Below are positions 44,347 through 52,846 of a stretch of DNA of 64,000 bases, piece by piece. Numbering within the stretch: the first letter of the stretch is position 1; every line of letters begins with the position of its first letter. This DNA is from a virus (lineage: Duplodnaviria > Caudoviricetes): positions 2,440 through 66,439 of IMG/VR virus record IMGVR_UViG_3300032270_001329; one strand, written 5' to 3'. The notes below the pieces were generated by a model, which was not told the DNA's origin, did not search any database, and saw only the letters and a list, made by a program, of their open reading frames with translations. A program made the position numbers and the translations under genes.

Positions 44347-45269
44347 TTGCCAAACCTCTTCAAGAAATCTTCTGCTTTGCTAAGGGTGGTCTGGAACTGA
44401 GGCATCCCCTCTCCTGTTGTCTTGGACATCTGATAAGGCGTAACCTCGGCAAAGTCGGCGGATACCTTGGCACCTTGTTGGCTCCAGGGGGCGGGGACAG
44501 CATTAGCGGCGATTGAAAAATCCTGGCCAGCGACAGGCTCTGGGGCGGTGCCTGCATAAGTGGTCATTGCGGTGGGGCGACCAACAGCCTCTTCTTTTGA
44601 TTGCCGCTTAACAAGCTCACGCTGGGCCAGCATCGGGTTAGCGGCTGCCCACTTCTGCAGGTCAGGACGATCTGCATACATCTTTTGAATCTCAGCTTGA
44701 TTCACGCGGCCCATTGCACTTTGAGACCGGTAATAATCAGAAAGAGATTCGGTGGTCGGTGCCTTGCTCTGGGCTGCCAGGGCTGCCATCTCTTCTGGGC
44801 TCTTGGGTCCTTGGCCAGTCTGTGCACCAAAGGCGTAATCAAACTCCGGGGTCTTGAAGTAACGCTCGAACTGACCCGGAGCGGTCATTGCATACTGTTT
44901 ATAGGTATCGGATTGGCGGCGATCTGGAGTTACGCCATCACGGGTTCCGTATTGGATGTAGCCAGCAGGACGGATACCCCGCTCAAGTGGGTCGTACTCA
45001 CGGACACCAAAACCATATCCTTCCGCACGCAGTTGAGCATCCGTTGGAGCAGCAGCAGAAGATCTAGATGGTGCTGCTTGTGCCCCACGGCCAATGCCAG
45101 GTGCTGTCAGCGCTCGCAGCTGTTCAGCATTCAGTTTTGGACGAAAACCTTTAAGGAGACCGCTTAAACCACGGCCAACATCAGACAGGCTGTAGCGATT
45201 TAGTTGGTCGTATAAGTTGTCGGCCACTTGATTACAACAATCCTTTCTTACAATAGTAACATCGGCCAA
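44343..45269 (-). CDS. Putative virion protein, low complexity
   Basis: 308 aa; WAAANPMLA motif. Confidence 0.6.
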   Translation of the reverse strand: MADVTIVRKDCCNQVADNLYDQLNRYSLSDVGRGLSGLLKGFRPKLNAEQLRALTAPGIGRGAQAAPSRSSAAAPTDAQLRAEGYGFGVREYDPLERGIRPAGYIQYGTRDGVTPDRRQSDTYKQYAMTAPGQFERYFKTPEFDYAFGAQTGQGPKSPEEMAALAAQSKAPTTESLSDYYRSQSAMGRVNQAEIQKMYADRPDLQKWAAANPMLAQRELVKRQSKEEAVGRPTAMTTYAGTAPEPVAGQDFSIAANAVPAPWSQQGAKVSADFAEVTPYQMSKTTGEGMPQFQTTLSKAEDFLKRFGK

Positions 45270-45277
45270 CAGGATTA

Positions 45278-45475
45278 ATGGACGTTGTTACCACCTACCC
45301 AAACGGGACCACCATTGAATTTGGTTTTGACAGCCATAACAACCAGGTTTACAGGGTTTGTAATCCTTCCAAATCCATATGTAGGTACACAGAGCCATGG
45401 CACTGTGCTCAAACATATGCAGAAACGTATGAGGAATACTTCAAACCAGTTTCTGATGCTTGCAGGGGGACGTGA
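45278..45475 (+). CDS. Hypothetical protein
   Basis: 65 aa. Confidence 0.5.
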   Translation: MDVVTTYPNGTTIEFGFDSHNNQVYRVCNPSKSICRYTEPWHCAQTYAETYEEYFKPVSDACRGT

Positions 45476-45672
45476 GTCGCAGCTGGACTTGATTTAAGAG
45501 TCGTTGCCAGGCAGGCGTTTTGTTTGGGCTGCGTTTGGCCTACCAAATTCTCCAAAATAATGGACTTTTCTCTTAGGGGAAAGCAGTTGTGGTTATTAGG
45601 TGGGCGGACACTGATACAACGGTACTAAGTCCGGACACACAATAACCCCAATTATTCTCTATAGAAATAAAT

Positions 45673-46266
45673 ATGGCTTTTTTTGTCGAATTTGGATGGC
45701 CGTGTCAGCCCTTGACACGACTGGGTTTTCAAGGTAGCGTGAAAGTTCCCTGCAAGATCCGCATGGATTATCAGACCGTTTTTCGGGACGAGTACCTCAC
45801 TCCCGTTGACCTGGTCGCCTTTGCCTACGCCTTGAACGCATTCCAGGAACTGGTCGGCAGCACTGACTGCTGGTGCGTAAAGAAAGCGAACCACCCCGTC
45901 CTCAAGCACTTCACCTTTTCAAACAGGCACAGGGCTTCATTCAAAGGTCGAGATGCAAGAGTCTTATGTTTGGCACTGGTAGATCAGTTCCGGACTGATG
46001 AGAAACCAATTGTCGTCAGGAAGTCTTGCTGCACTTCCAAATACTGCATCAACCCAAACCACTACTTCTATGGGACTAGGGTTGATGTCGGATTACAAAA
46101 CCAACTCAGGGCCGGTATCAATTTGAGTCTCAATTTGATTGATGAGATCAGGGCCAAGCGTCATTCAGACGCCAGGTATTGGTCATACCGCCGCCTGTCG
46201 TGGCACTTCAAAGTCCCAGAAAAAATTGTTGCTCGCATCTGCCGGAGAGAAAGCTATGACATTTGA
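45673..46266 (+). CDS. HNH-like (His-Me finger) protein with C-terminal HTH
   Basis: VRKSCCTSKYCINPNHYFYGT; YRRLSWHFKVPEKIVARI. Confidence 0.6.
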   Translation: MAFFVEFGWPCQPLTRLGFQGSVKVPCKIRMDYQTVFRDEYLTPVDLVAFAYALNAFQELVGSTDCWCVKKANHPVLKHFTFSNRHRASFKGRDARVLCLALVDQFRTDEKPIVVRKSCCTSKYCINPNHYFYGTRVDVGLQNQLRAGINLSLNLIDEIRAKRHSDARYWSYRRLSWHFKVPEKIVARICRRESYDI

Positions 46267-46843
46267 TGTCGGCAAAAAAGTTAAAGCAATCCTCACTGAC
46301 AACTCAGAACTCACTGCTGAGCTGGAGAAAGAAATGGACGGTCACAAAGATCTGTGCTGCCCCTGGCACCGAAGAGGACACCCAGAGCACAAGGGCAACT
46401 TTGGACTCATGGGAGAATGTTTGGACTGCATGGAAGAAATCAACAAAGGCAGCTGCACCATTGATGTCTGCAACTTTGATTTCGACATGTACTGGACCGT
46501 TCGCAGCTTCTGGCTGAAGGTGGACATCAAAGGTCCAGATGAATGCTGGCTATGGACTGGGGCCACGAAGAAAAACAACACAGAGACCGCTGCTTACATG
46601 CCAAGCCCATTCCATAAGGGCAACATGCAGTCGGCAGCTCGGGTGGCGTTCTGGACTGCCCGTGGTTATGTCGGCAAATACAGAATCCAACATAAAAAAG
46701 GTTGCGACATGCTGTGCTGCAACCCGCTCCATCTGCGTTTGAGCCAGCTAATATCAATACCTGAGCCAACAAAAGTCGAAAAAGTTCAGCTGAATTATGC
46801 CCGCTTCAAAGCCAACGCAGAAGACAAGTCAGATCCTGCCTAG
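46256..46843 (+). CDS. HNH-like (His-Me finger) protein
   Basis: ECWLWTGA..AARVAF..QHKKGCDMLCCNPLHL. Confidence 0.7.
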   Translation: MTFDVGKKVKAILTDNSELTAELEKEMDGHKDLCCPWHRRGHPEHKGNFGLMGECLDCMEEINKGSCTIDVCNFDFDMYWTVRSFWLKVDIKGPDECWLWTGATKKNNTETAAYMPSPFHKGNMQSAARVAFWTARGYVGKYRIQHKKGCDMLCCNPLHLRLSQLISIPEPTKVEKVQLNYARFKANAEDKSDPA

Positions 46844-47126
46844 CTGCTACCACCTGAAAGATCCTCAGTACACTGGATCAATTTACGTCGGTGGTGAGAT
46901 TTATCAGACTCCTTATTTCCCTGATAAGGATTCTGCTGAGCTGGAATTGCGCTGCCTTGAGAAGAGTATTAGTTACGAGTTAATTGAAACTCTTGAGATG
47001 GAGGGCATGTATCCTGAACGCGCTACAATAATGGAAGAAAAGTATCAAGCCAGTGGGCGTACCGACGGTTTGTACACTGGTTTAAATATGCGCGATGTCT
47101 CGGTTTCTAACGACGCTACCGACTAA
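46797..47126 (+). CDS. Hypothetical protein
   Basis: C-terminal GRTDGLYTGL; start uncertain. Confidence 0.55.
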   Translation: MPASKPTQKTSQILPSCYHLKDPQYTGSIYVGGEIYQTPYFPDKDSAELELRCLEKSISYELIETLEMEGMYPERATIMEEKYQASGRTDGLYTGLNMRDVSVSNDATD

Positions 47127-47769
47127 CTTAGGTTATTACAATTTAGGTACCATTGAATCGTATCCTACCGGTGGTACAGGGCCGACAGCCTACGGCCCTA
47201 CCAGCTATTACGGTAGTGATCCGCTGCCAGCGCAGCCTGGAGACTCAATCAATACACCAATTGATTTGGGTGATTTCAGCAACGTCTTCCGATCACTCAC
47301 CATCAGCAACACCCATGGTGGTCTGAGCCGTAAGCAGTCAACATTTTATAAGTTACGCCTACTGCGGCCACGGGCCATTCAGTTTACGCAGAATTACAGC
47401 CAGTTCTCCCTTACTTCAAATACCAACAAAAACACTTTATTAGCTTTTTACGTTGTTGAAAACGGTACTCACAGGCGTGAGCTGCCGATTAATGATCAAG
47501 GCTACGTCTACAAAGAAACAGGGATTGACTACGATTCAGAAGAAGGCATCAACGGAGATTATCCGTCTCAGGTCCTTGACCCTGGTAATTACATCATCTT
47601 AATTACCAACGATATCCGCTATTTAGAAACAACGTACTCCATCACCCTGGAAGCGTTCTTAATTGATTGGCGATTTGTCAATGAGGACATTGAAGAATCA
47701 CTGGACTTCCGTTTTGTCTCTGAAGGCGCTGAAACCCTAATTGACTTTGGTTCGATTGTGACCGCTTAA
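47095..47769 (+). CDS. Beta-sandwich putative virion protein
   Basis: 224 aa; LDPGNYIILIT PPC-like motif. Confidence 0.6.
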   Translation: MSRFLTTLPTNLGYYNLGTIESYPTGGTGPTAYGPTSYYGSDPLPAQPGDSINTPIDLGDFSNVFRSLTISNTHGGLSRKQSTFYKLRLLRPRAIQFTQNYSQFSLTSNTNKNTLLAFYVVENGTHRRELPINDQGYVYKETGIDYDSEEGINGDYPSQVLDPGNYIILITNDIRYLETTYSITLEAFLIDWRFVNEDIEESLDFRFVSEGAETLIDFGSIVTA

Positions 47770-47804
47770 AAACCTGCTAAGCTAAAAACAGCTTTATCGG
47801 ATTA

Positions 47805-48065
47805 ATGAAGGTCATCACCGTTAGCGACTTCGAAGCTCGGTTCGAGGAAATCGTTGATGATTGCGCCGATAATCATGTTCACTACAAGATCCAGCTGGAG
47901 AGCGGCGAAGCCCTCATGCTGATTCCAGCTGATGATTACTGCGTTTTTCAAGACGTGTACGAAGATTGGGTGGGCCATCCTGAAAACACAGAAATAGAGG
48001 GGTTCGATCACAAACCCCTCCCCGTTTCTTATCTTGGTGAAGCCGAGCCTGAGGTCCTCAGTTAG
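47805..48065 (+). CDS. Phd/YefM-like antitoxin-fold protein
   Basis: MKVITVSDFEARFEEIVD..I....ALMLIPADDY. Confidence 0.65.
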   Translation: MKVITVSDFEARFEEIVDDCADNHVHYKIQLESGEALMLIPADDYCVFQDVYEDWVGHPENTEIEGFDHKPLPVSYLGEAEPEVLS

Positions 48066-48427
48066 GTCGACTGCATCGGCAGCTGCTTCTCTGTTTCTTC
48101 CTTACGGGCTTTGGCCAGCTCCAGGGCCTGGGCAGCGGCTGCTTTTACCGGATCGTACTTTCCAGTTCCTTCACCTGTAGGTACAGCTGACTGGTACGCA
48201 GCAGCAGTGAGCACATCACGAGCAGCAGCACGTTGAGCAATATCAGTAGGGGTGCCGACCATGGCATCTCGACGGGCCAAAGCTTGTTTGGTTTGATCAT
48301 CGAGTCGCTTGATGCGTTCTGCAACACGCTGGTAGTCCTCTTCCGGAATTACGGATTGGTAGAGGGTTGGAGGTGGCGTCGGTGCCGGCATCATCATTGT
48401 GGGTGCCGTGCCTGGAGATCCGCCCAT
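48062..48427 (-). CDS. Pro-rich MGGS-type putative virion protein
   Basis: MGGSPGTAPTMMMPAPTPPPTLYQS. Confidence 0.6.
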   Translation of the reverse strand: MGGSPGTAPTMMMPAPTPPPTLYQSVIPEEDYQRVAERIKRLDDQTKQALARRDAMVGTPTDIAQRAAARDVLTAAAYQSAVPTGEGTGKYDPVKAAAAQALELAKARKEETEKQLPMQST

Positions 48428-48444
48428 ATGGTTTACTTTTTAAC

Positions 48445-48891
48445 ATGAATCTCTATAGTGATTCTATCGCTGATGAACCCCACCAAATGCTGAACCCCAA
48501 TGAAGCCCAGGGGTCCGAGGACAAGGAGCAGGAGGAGCTCGGCGTAAGTGATCGGCCTTCTCATTGTTCGTTTAGTCCTTATATTGAGGAGTTTAGCCAA
48601 CTTCTTGGCAAAGTGTCCACAGAAGTTCTTAAGTTTACCCTAATGACTCAGCAGCAACGTCTGTTTGCTGAGGCCATGTGGGAAGCACAGAATTATGGCG
48701 GATCAGAAAGCAAGTGCGTAAAACGTTTACAAGAACTTTACGGAAGCCAGTGGCGATCCATGACGAAGCTTTCGGATCACATGGAGCCGGTTCGGACATA
48801 TTACGAGCTTGTTTTAATGCTTGACCACGAAAGGCAGTGGGCCGAAGCCTCAAAAAACGTTAAACTGCACGAACAACAAGGTACAAAATAA
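48445..48891 (+). CDS. Hypothetical protein
   Basis: 148 aa helical. Confidence 0.6.
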   Translation: MNLYSDSIADEPHQMLNPNEAQGSEDKEQEELGVSDRPSHCSFSPYIEEFSQLLGKVSTEVLKFTLMTQQQRLFAEAMWEAQNYGGSESKCVKRLQELYGSQWRSMTKLSDHMEPVRTYYELVLMLDHERQWAEASKNVKLHEQQGTK

Positions 48892-48898
48892 GGTCCGA

Positions 48899-49504
48899 AT
48901 GGAACCTGACGTGTGGCTCGAACCAGTCGAGGAGCTCGATCTTGAGGAGTACATCCCCCAAGAGAGCAACAAGTATCTGAGCTACCGCTTCAGTAGCCTG
49001 GTGATCGAGGATGTGACCGTTGAAAATTATAAAGACTTCCTTACCCCGAGCCTTTCGCGCCAGGTGGAGATGTTTCTTCCTCCCTCTGGCAGTTTCGAGA
49101 CGCCAGATCTGAGGCGGTACCTGGAGTTGGTCAGGAGCTACGAGACTTCAACCAATGATTTGATTTTGGGGCTCTCATTGGCCGATCAAATCCGGATTAC
49201 GTTCAGCGACATGAAGCCTGCCACGATCTGTGAGCGGTTTCCCGACATCGATTTAGCAACAAAAAGGCGCTATCGTTGTGTTGCTGAATATTTAATCCGC
49301 CAGGGTGAGCTGACCAAGCTGAAAGATGAGCGCGGAAAGCTCATCAAGAAGGTTGGTAATATGCAGAAGATGGTTGTGATCTATCAACCTCTTGATAAGA
49401 TTCGCACAACCCTCCAACGCTCTGGTTTAGGGCAATTTATTAAGACAAATGACAGACCGACGCCAGAAACTGCTGAAGCATCTGAGCAAAGCGAATCCGA
49501 CTGA
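48899..49504 (+). CDS. Hypothetical, possible winged-helix DNA-binding protein
   Basis: TKRRYRCVAEYLIRQGEL followed by a beta-wing. Confidence 0.6.
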   Translation: MEPDVWLEPVEELDLEEYIPQESNKYLSYRFSSLVIEDVTVENYKDFLTPSLSRQVEMFLPPSGSFETPDLRRYLELVRSYETSTNDLILGLSLADQIRITFSDMKPATICERFPDIDLATKRRYRCVAEYLIRQGELTKLKDERGKLIKKVGNMQKMVVIYQPLDKIRTTLQRSGLGQFIKTNDRPTPETAEASEQSESD

Positions 49505-49853
49505 GTCCGAGCAGCGCATGACGCAGCTGGTCATCGAGCGGATCTGCTCGGACATGTGTGACTTCTACGATAAGTTCTATGCCCAGGAGGGGCCTGGTGC
49601 GATCATCTATGTGCCACGGGCGGACAATGATGAAGACACCATGTTCTACCTGACGGTCCCCGCCTTGATGACCGCCCTGAAGGACTTCCGTGATCGCGAC
49701 ATGGAGGGTCCAGCTGATGTGATGCAGAAGGCCATTGCCAGGGCGGAATCCCTTGACATCCAGAAGGAGGCTTTGTTTGTGCTCCAGGATGATCAGTACA
49801 TGTCCTTGATCCACTACAAGCGCGAACTCTCCGCACAACCGTTCCTTGATTAG
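49449..49853 (+). CDS. Hypothetical protein
   Basis: 134 aa; EGPGAIIYVP. Confidence 0.65.
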   Translation: MTDRRQKLLKHLSKANPTESEQRMTQLVIERICSDMCDFYDKFYAQEGPGAIIYVPRADNDEDTMFYLTVPALMTALKDFRDRDMEGPADVMQKAIARAESLDIQKEALFVLQDDQYMSLIHYKRELSAQPFLD

Positions 49854-50466
49854 ATCCGAGCAGTACAAGCGTTTTAAAAACGCTCAATTCATCAAGCGTC
49901 TGGAGGAAGATTGGTTGACGCCAGTCGATTATCTTCCTTACATTGATGCGCTCTTTGGTGACATCGATCTAGATCCTTGTACAACAGAACTTGCCAATGG
50001 TCAGTTCTTGCGTGCCAGGAACTTCTACACCAAAGAAGACGATGGATTGAACATTGAAATCCCCTGGACTGGCAAGGTTTATCTGTTCCCTCCCACCTAC
50101 GGACGTTGCTCCTGGAGCGCACCACGGGGCACCTGGAAGTGGGGCCTGAGGGGCGGCAGCAGCGGAACAAGTCCAACAGCCGCGTGGTTCAAAAGGCTGG
50201 TCAGGGAGTGGAAGCTGGGCAACGTGTCAGAAGGGTTGCTGTTCTCAACCAACCACGAGTGCTTCCGAACGATGCCTGAGATGTGGAATTATCCAGTTTG
50301 CATACCCAAGGACAGGGCAAACCTGATCCATGGCGATCGTTTGTTTACATTCCAGACCCCACTTACATGGGGTTATTTTGTATATCTTCCGCCAAAGAGT
50401 CTAGGTTTTGATCCGTCTGGCCGATTTCGTGAGATTTTTTCTCACATCGGTCATATTGTTGGCTAA
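49846..50466 (+). CDS. Phage Dam-like adenine methyltransferase, atypical motif IV
   Basis: DWLTP, IDLDPC, YTKEDDGL; motif reads LFPPTY instead of LNPPY. Confidence 0.75.
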   Translation: MIRSEQYKRFKNAQFIKRLEEDWLTPVDYLPYIDALFGDIDLDPCTTELANGQFLRARNFYTKEDDGLNIEIPWTGKVYLFPPTYGRCSWSAPRGTWKWGLRGGSSGTSPTAAWFKRLVREWKLGNVSEGLLFSTNHECFRTMPEMWNYPVCIPKDRANLIHGDRLFTFQTPLTWGYFVYLPPKSLGFDPSGRFREIFSHIGHIVG

Positions 50467-50759
50467 GACGGTTGAGTGCGAAAAAGATTACGGAAACCAA
50501 TCCGCCGGTCAGTATTGTCGATACTAGCAGCACCCCTTGGCTCATAGGGGAGTGCAGTGGTTGGAATGGTTCCGCCTTGTGCAACGAGCACAAAACGATC
50601 ATCGCCTTGTCGTTGAGCAGTGATGTCATCTTGGGCGCCTTTGCGGTCACGCTCCATGTATTGTGACAGAAACCTCAGGCCTGCTGCATTATCTTGTGCT
50701 CCTTCTAAGCCTCGATAACGGTTGTCAACGTTGTAGTTTTGGCTAAGCTGGTGTTTCAT
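50463..50759 (-). CDS. Hypothetical protein
   Basis: 98 aa; AGLRFLSQY. Confidence 0.55.
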   Translation of the reverse strand: MKHQLSQNYNVDNRYRGLEGAQDNAAGLRFLSQYMERDRKGAQDDITAQRQGDDRFVLVAQGGTIPTTALPYEPRGAASIDNTDRRIGFRNLFRTQPS

Positions 50760-50784
50760 AAGACCATTCTGTCAGATCTAAACC

Positions 50785-51114
50785 GTGGACCCAGACATCA
50801 ACTATGTTCTCAATCTGCACGATCAGATCTGGTTCGATACGCAGACTCATATTGGTCTCATTTGCGACGAAATTAAGACACTCCTCATTGAGAAGAACAA
50901 AAAATACGGTGACTCCGCTTTAAATCCAAGTCGGATTTTCAGCAAAGCTGATTCTGTCGAGCAAATCCTGGTCCGCATCGACGACAAATTAAACCGCATT
51001 CAAAAAGGTGCTGGCCTGATTGGATCCGATGAAGATGTTATCAACGACTTAATTGGTTACTTGATCTTGCTTAAAATAGCTTTAGCAAGACAACCAATCT
51101 ATGGACAGAGCTGA
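50785..51114 (+). CDS. Nucleotide-modification-associated domain 1 (DUF1599-like) protein
   Basis: KNKKYGDS..VRIDDKLNRI..D...DLIGY. Confidence 0.75.
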   Translation: MDPDINYVLNLHDQIWFDTQTHIGLICDEIKTLLIEKNKKYGDSALNPSRIFSKADSVEQILVRIDDKLNRIQKGAGLIGSDEDVINDLIGYLILLKIALARQPIYGQS

Positions 51115-51307
51115 TGAGATTTTATATAACTACTGCCCAGAGCTTCAGTTAATTGACATGCTGGATTGGATTAACGGGACCTCTAAACATTCTTTGGAGA
51201 TCCCAGCAATCCTGGCGCCTGATTCCAGTATCTCCAAAACCGTCTTAGGCTCTCACCTGTCGGATCCCACTCCAGAAACTTCCGCTCCAGATACTCAATC
51301 GCTTTGA
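51101..51307 (+). CDS. Hypothetical protein
   Basis: MDRADEILYNYCPELQLIDMLDW; tail overlaps the lysozyme-like gene antisense. Confidence 0.45.
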   Translation: MDRADEILYNYCPELQLIDMLDWINGTSKHSLEIPAILAPDSSISKTVLGSHLSDPTPETSAPDTQSL

Positions 51308-51905
51308 TCTGGTTCGGCGTGTGCTGCCAGGTTTCCGCCAGGTTAAGCAGGCACTGTTGCTTGGCTTCGCAGCGGTGGGGATAGAAGGTTGGAATCTCTT
51401 TATCTGGCGCCAGGTAGTAATTGAGTTCAACCCTTCTCCTTTCTTTTAAGAGCGAGGCAGCGTGGTAATACGCCTTGTTGATGTAAGGAGACCACTCCTT
51501 AATAATGGCATTTTTACTGGCGTTGGTATTAATGAGTTCACGTAAATAACACTCTTTAAATGTGCTAATTCCAACGCTGTGAGCATAACTAATGATGGCT
51601 GCCCGCTTCTTTTTGTTCATTGGCATGTAGACACAAGGAACAACAAGGTCCGCCAGCTTCTTGAGATCCTCAATGAACTGGGCTGTGATCTGGACTTCAG
51701 TTGCCTTATCTCCGCCGTGGACAAACCGCTTGCCGATCCGCAGGCTGCCATAACCGATGCGCCAGGTGGGATCACTGCGGTCCCTATACGCAGCGTACCG
51801 GCCAAAACCCAAGTGAGTCCTGGCCGGCGTATAAGCACAAATTAATCGAACCGTATCTTTATCTAAGAACGGGTGATCAATTTTAAATTGATCAAGGAAC
51901 GACAA
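51183..51905 (-). CDS. GH24 lysozyme-like protein, degenerate active site
   Basis: AYRD..TWRIGYGS, AAIISYAHSVG, ERRRVE; no FEG glutamate at the expected position. Confidence 0.65.
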   Translation of the reverse strand: MSFLDQFKIDHPFLDKDTVRLICAYTPARTHLGFGRYAAYRDRSDPTWRIGYGSLRIGKRFVHGGDKATEVQITAQFIEDLKKLADLVVPCVYMPMNKKKRAAIISYAHSVGISTFKECYLRELINTNASKNAIIKEWSPYINKAYYHAASLLKERRRVELNYYLAPDKEIPTFYPHRCEAKQQCLLNLAETWQHTPNQIKAIEYLERKFLEWDPTGESLRRFWRYWNQAPGLLGSPKNV

Positions 51906-52278
51906 CGGAGCCGGTGTAGCTCACCTCAGAATAACCGTCCAGGCGCAGCAGCACAACATAGTTCTTGGAGGCGTCCGACACGGTCACGCCCACAGCACCT
52001 TTGCCTTTACCAGACTTCACGATGTTGCTGAACTTGGTGTAACCAGTGGGGGCGCTGCCTGCAGTATAGGAATCTTCCTGGAAGATCTCCATGGTGTCGA
52101 TACCACTGGTGACCGTCAGGGTAACGGTGATGTCACCAGTGCTGCCGGGGTTGACGCGGAAGGCGCGGATGTTGAGGCCGCCGGTGGAGCCAGCAGAGGT
52201 ATTGCCCAGGTAGGTGATCTCAGAACCGGCATCAACCTGGAAGGTGTCCAGGGTTCCTTTGATTGTGCGTGTTGCCAT
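51892..52278 (-). CDS. Small beta-rich virion protein (decoration-like)
   Basis: 128 aa T/G/S-rich with strongly biased codons. Confidence 0.65.
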   Translation of the reverse strand: MATRTIKGTLDTFQVDAGSEITYLGNTSAGSTGGLNIRAFRVNPGSTGDITVTLTVTSGIDTMEIFQEDSYTAGSAPTGYTKFSNIVKSGKGKGAVGVTVSDASKNYVVLLRLDGYSEVSYTGSVVVP

Positions 52279-52283
52279 CTTGA

Positions 52284-52505
52284 TTAAGAAAGTTGACTTT
52301 CCGTTTGGTATTGGAAGGAGAAGTCGGCATCAATGCCGTGTTCTTTGAGGATGCTGAGGAACAACTGGCGGTCCACAAGCTTTTGGTGAAGCATGTCAAT
52401 GAAAGCTTCTTCCAGTTCATCGCGATCCAGCTCACGAATCGCCATGGCTGCAGCATGGATTGCAAATTCGCTATCCACGCTTAACCCTGAAGCGCCTGCA
52501 TCCAT
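52284..52505 (-). CDS. NblA-like protein (copy B)
   Basis: LSVDSEFAIHAAAMAIRELDRDELEEAFIDMLHQKLVDRQLFLSILKEHG parallels the NblA pattern. Confidence 0.6.
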   Translation of the reverse strand: MDAGASGLSVDSEFAIHAAAMAIRELDRDELEEAFIDMLHQKLVDRQLFLSILKEHGIDADFSFQYQTESQLS

Positions 52506-52633
52506 TGGTAACTACCAATCTGTGATTACATCCTAACAGCGGTGAACCATTTGGCAATTTTTAGGCTGCAACTGGCTTCTGAGGCGGAATGTAACGCTGA
52601 TCAACTGTGAAATCTGGGATGTCTGGAGCCCCG

Positions 52634-52795
52634 CTAAAAATGCCAGGGACCAGTTGAGGGAGCCTCTCGTCTTTGTACTGGGCGAGAAACTGCTGCGACG
52701 CGTTCATGGTGCTTTCCGTGTGGTTTGGTTAAGAACAGGCCCATGGCATAAGTCCCGCCAAAGACCAAACCAAAGACCAAAATTAAAGACTCCAC
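52634..52795 (-). CDS. 53-aa membrane peptide
   Basis: GTG start; MESLILVFGLVFGGTYAMGLFL TM segment. Confidence 0.35.
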   Translation of the reverse strand: MESLILVFGLVFGGTYAMGLFLTKPHGKHHERVAAVSRPVQRREAPSTGPWHF

Positions 52796-52846
52796 TTGCT
52801 TGTTCAGTCTTAAACCACTATATTTTAGGGAACCCCAGCATTCAAA

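Noticed and set aside
52563-52665. Long irregular stem (AGGCT/AGCCT, CAACTGG/CCAGTTG, GCGG/CCGC) as an ncRNA
   Set aside because: The interior folds weakly and it overlaps the end of a possible ORF; not supportable without folding and homologs.
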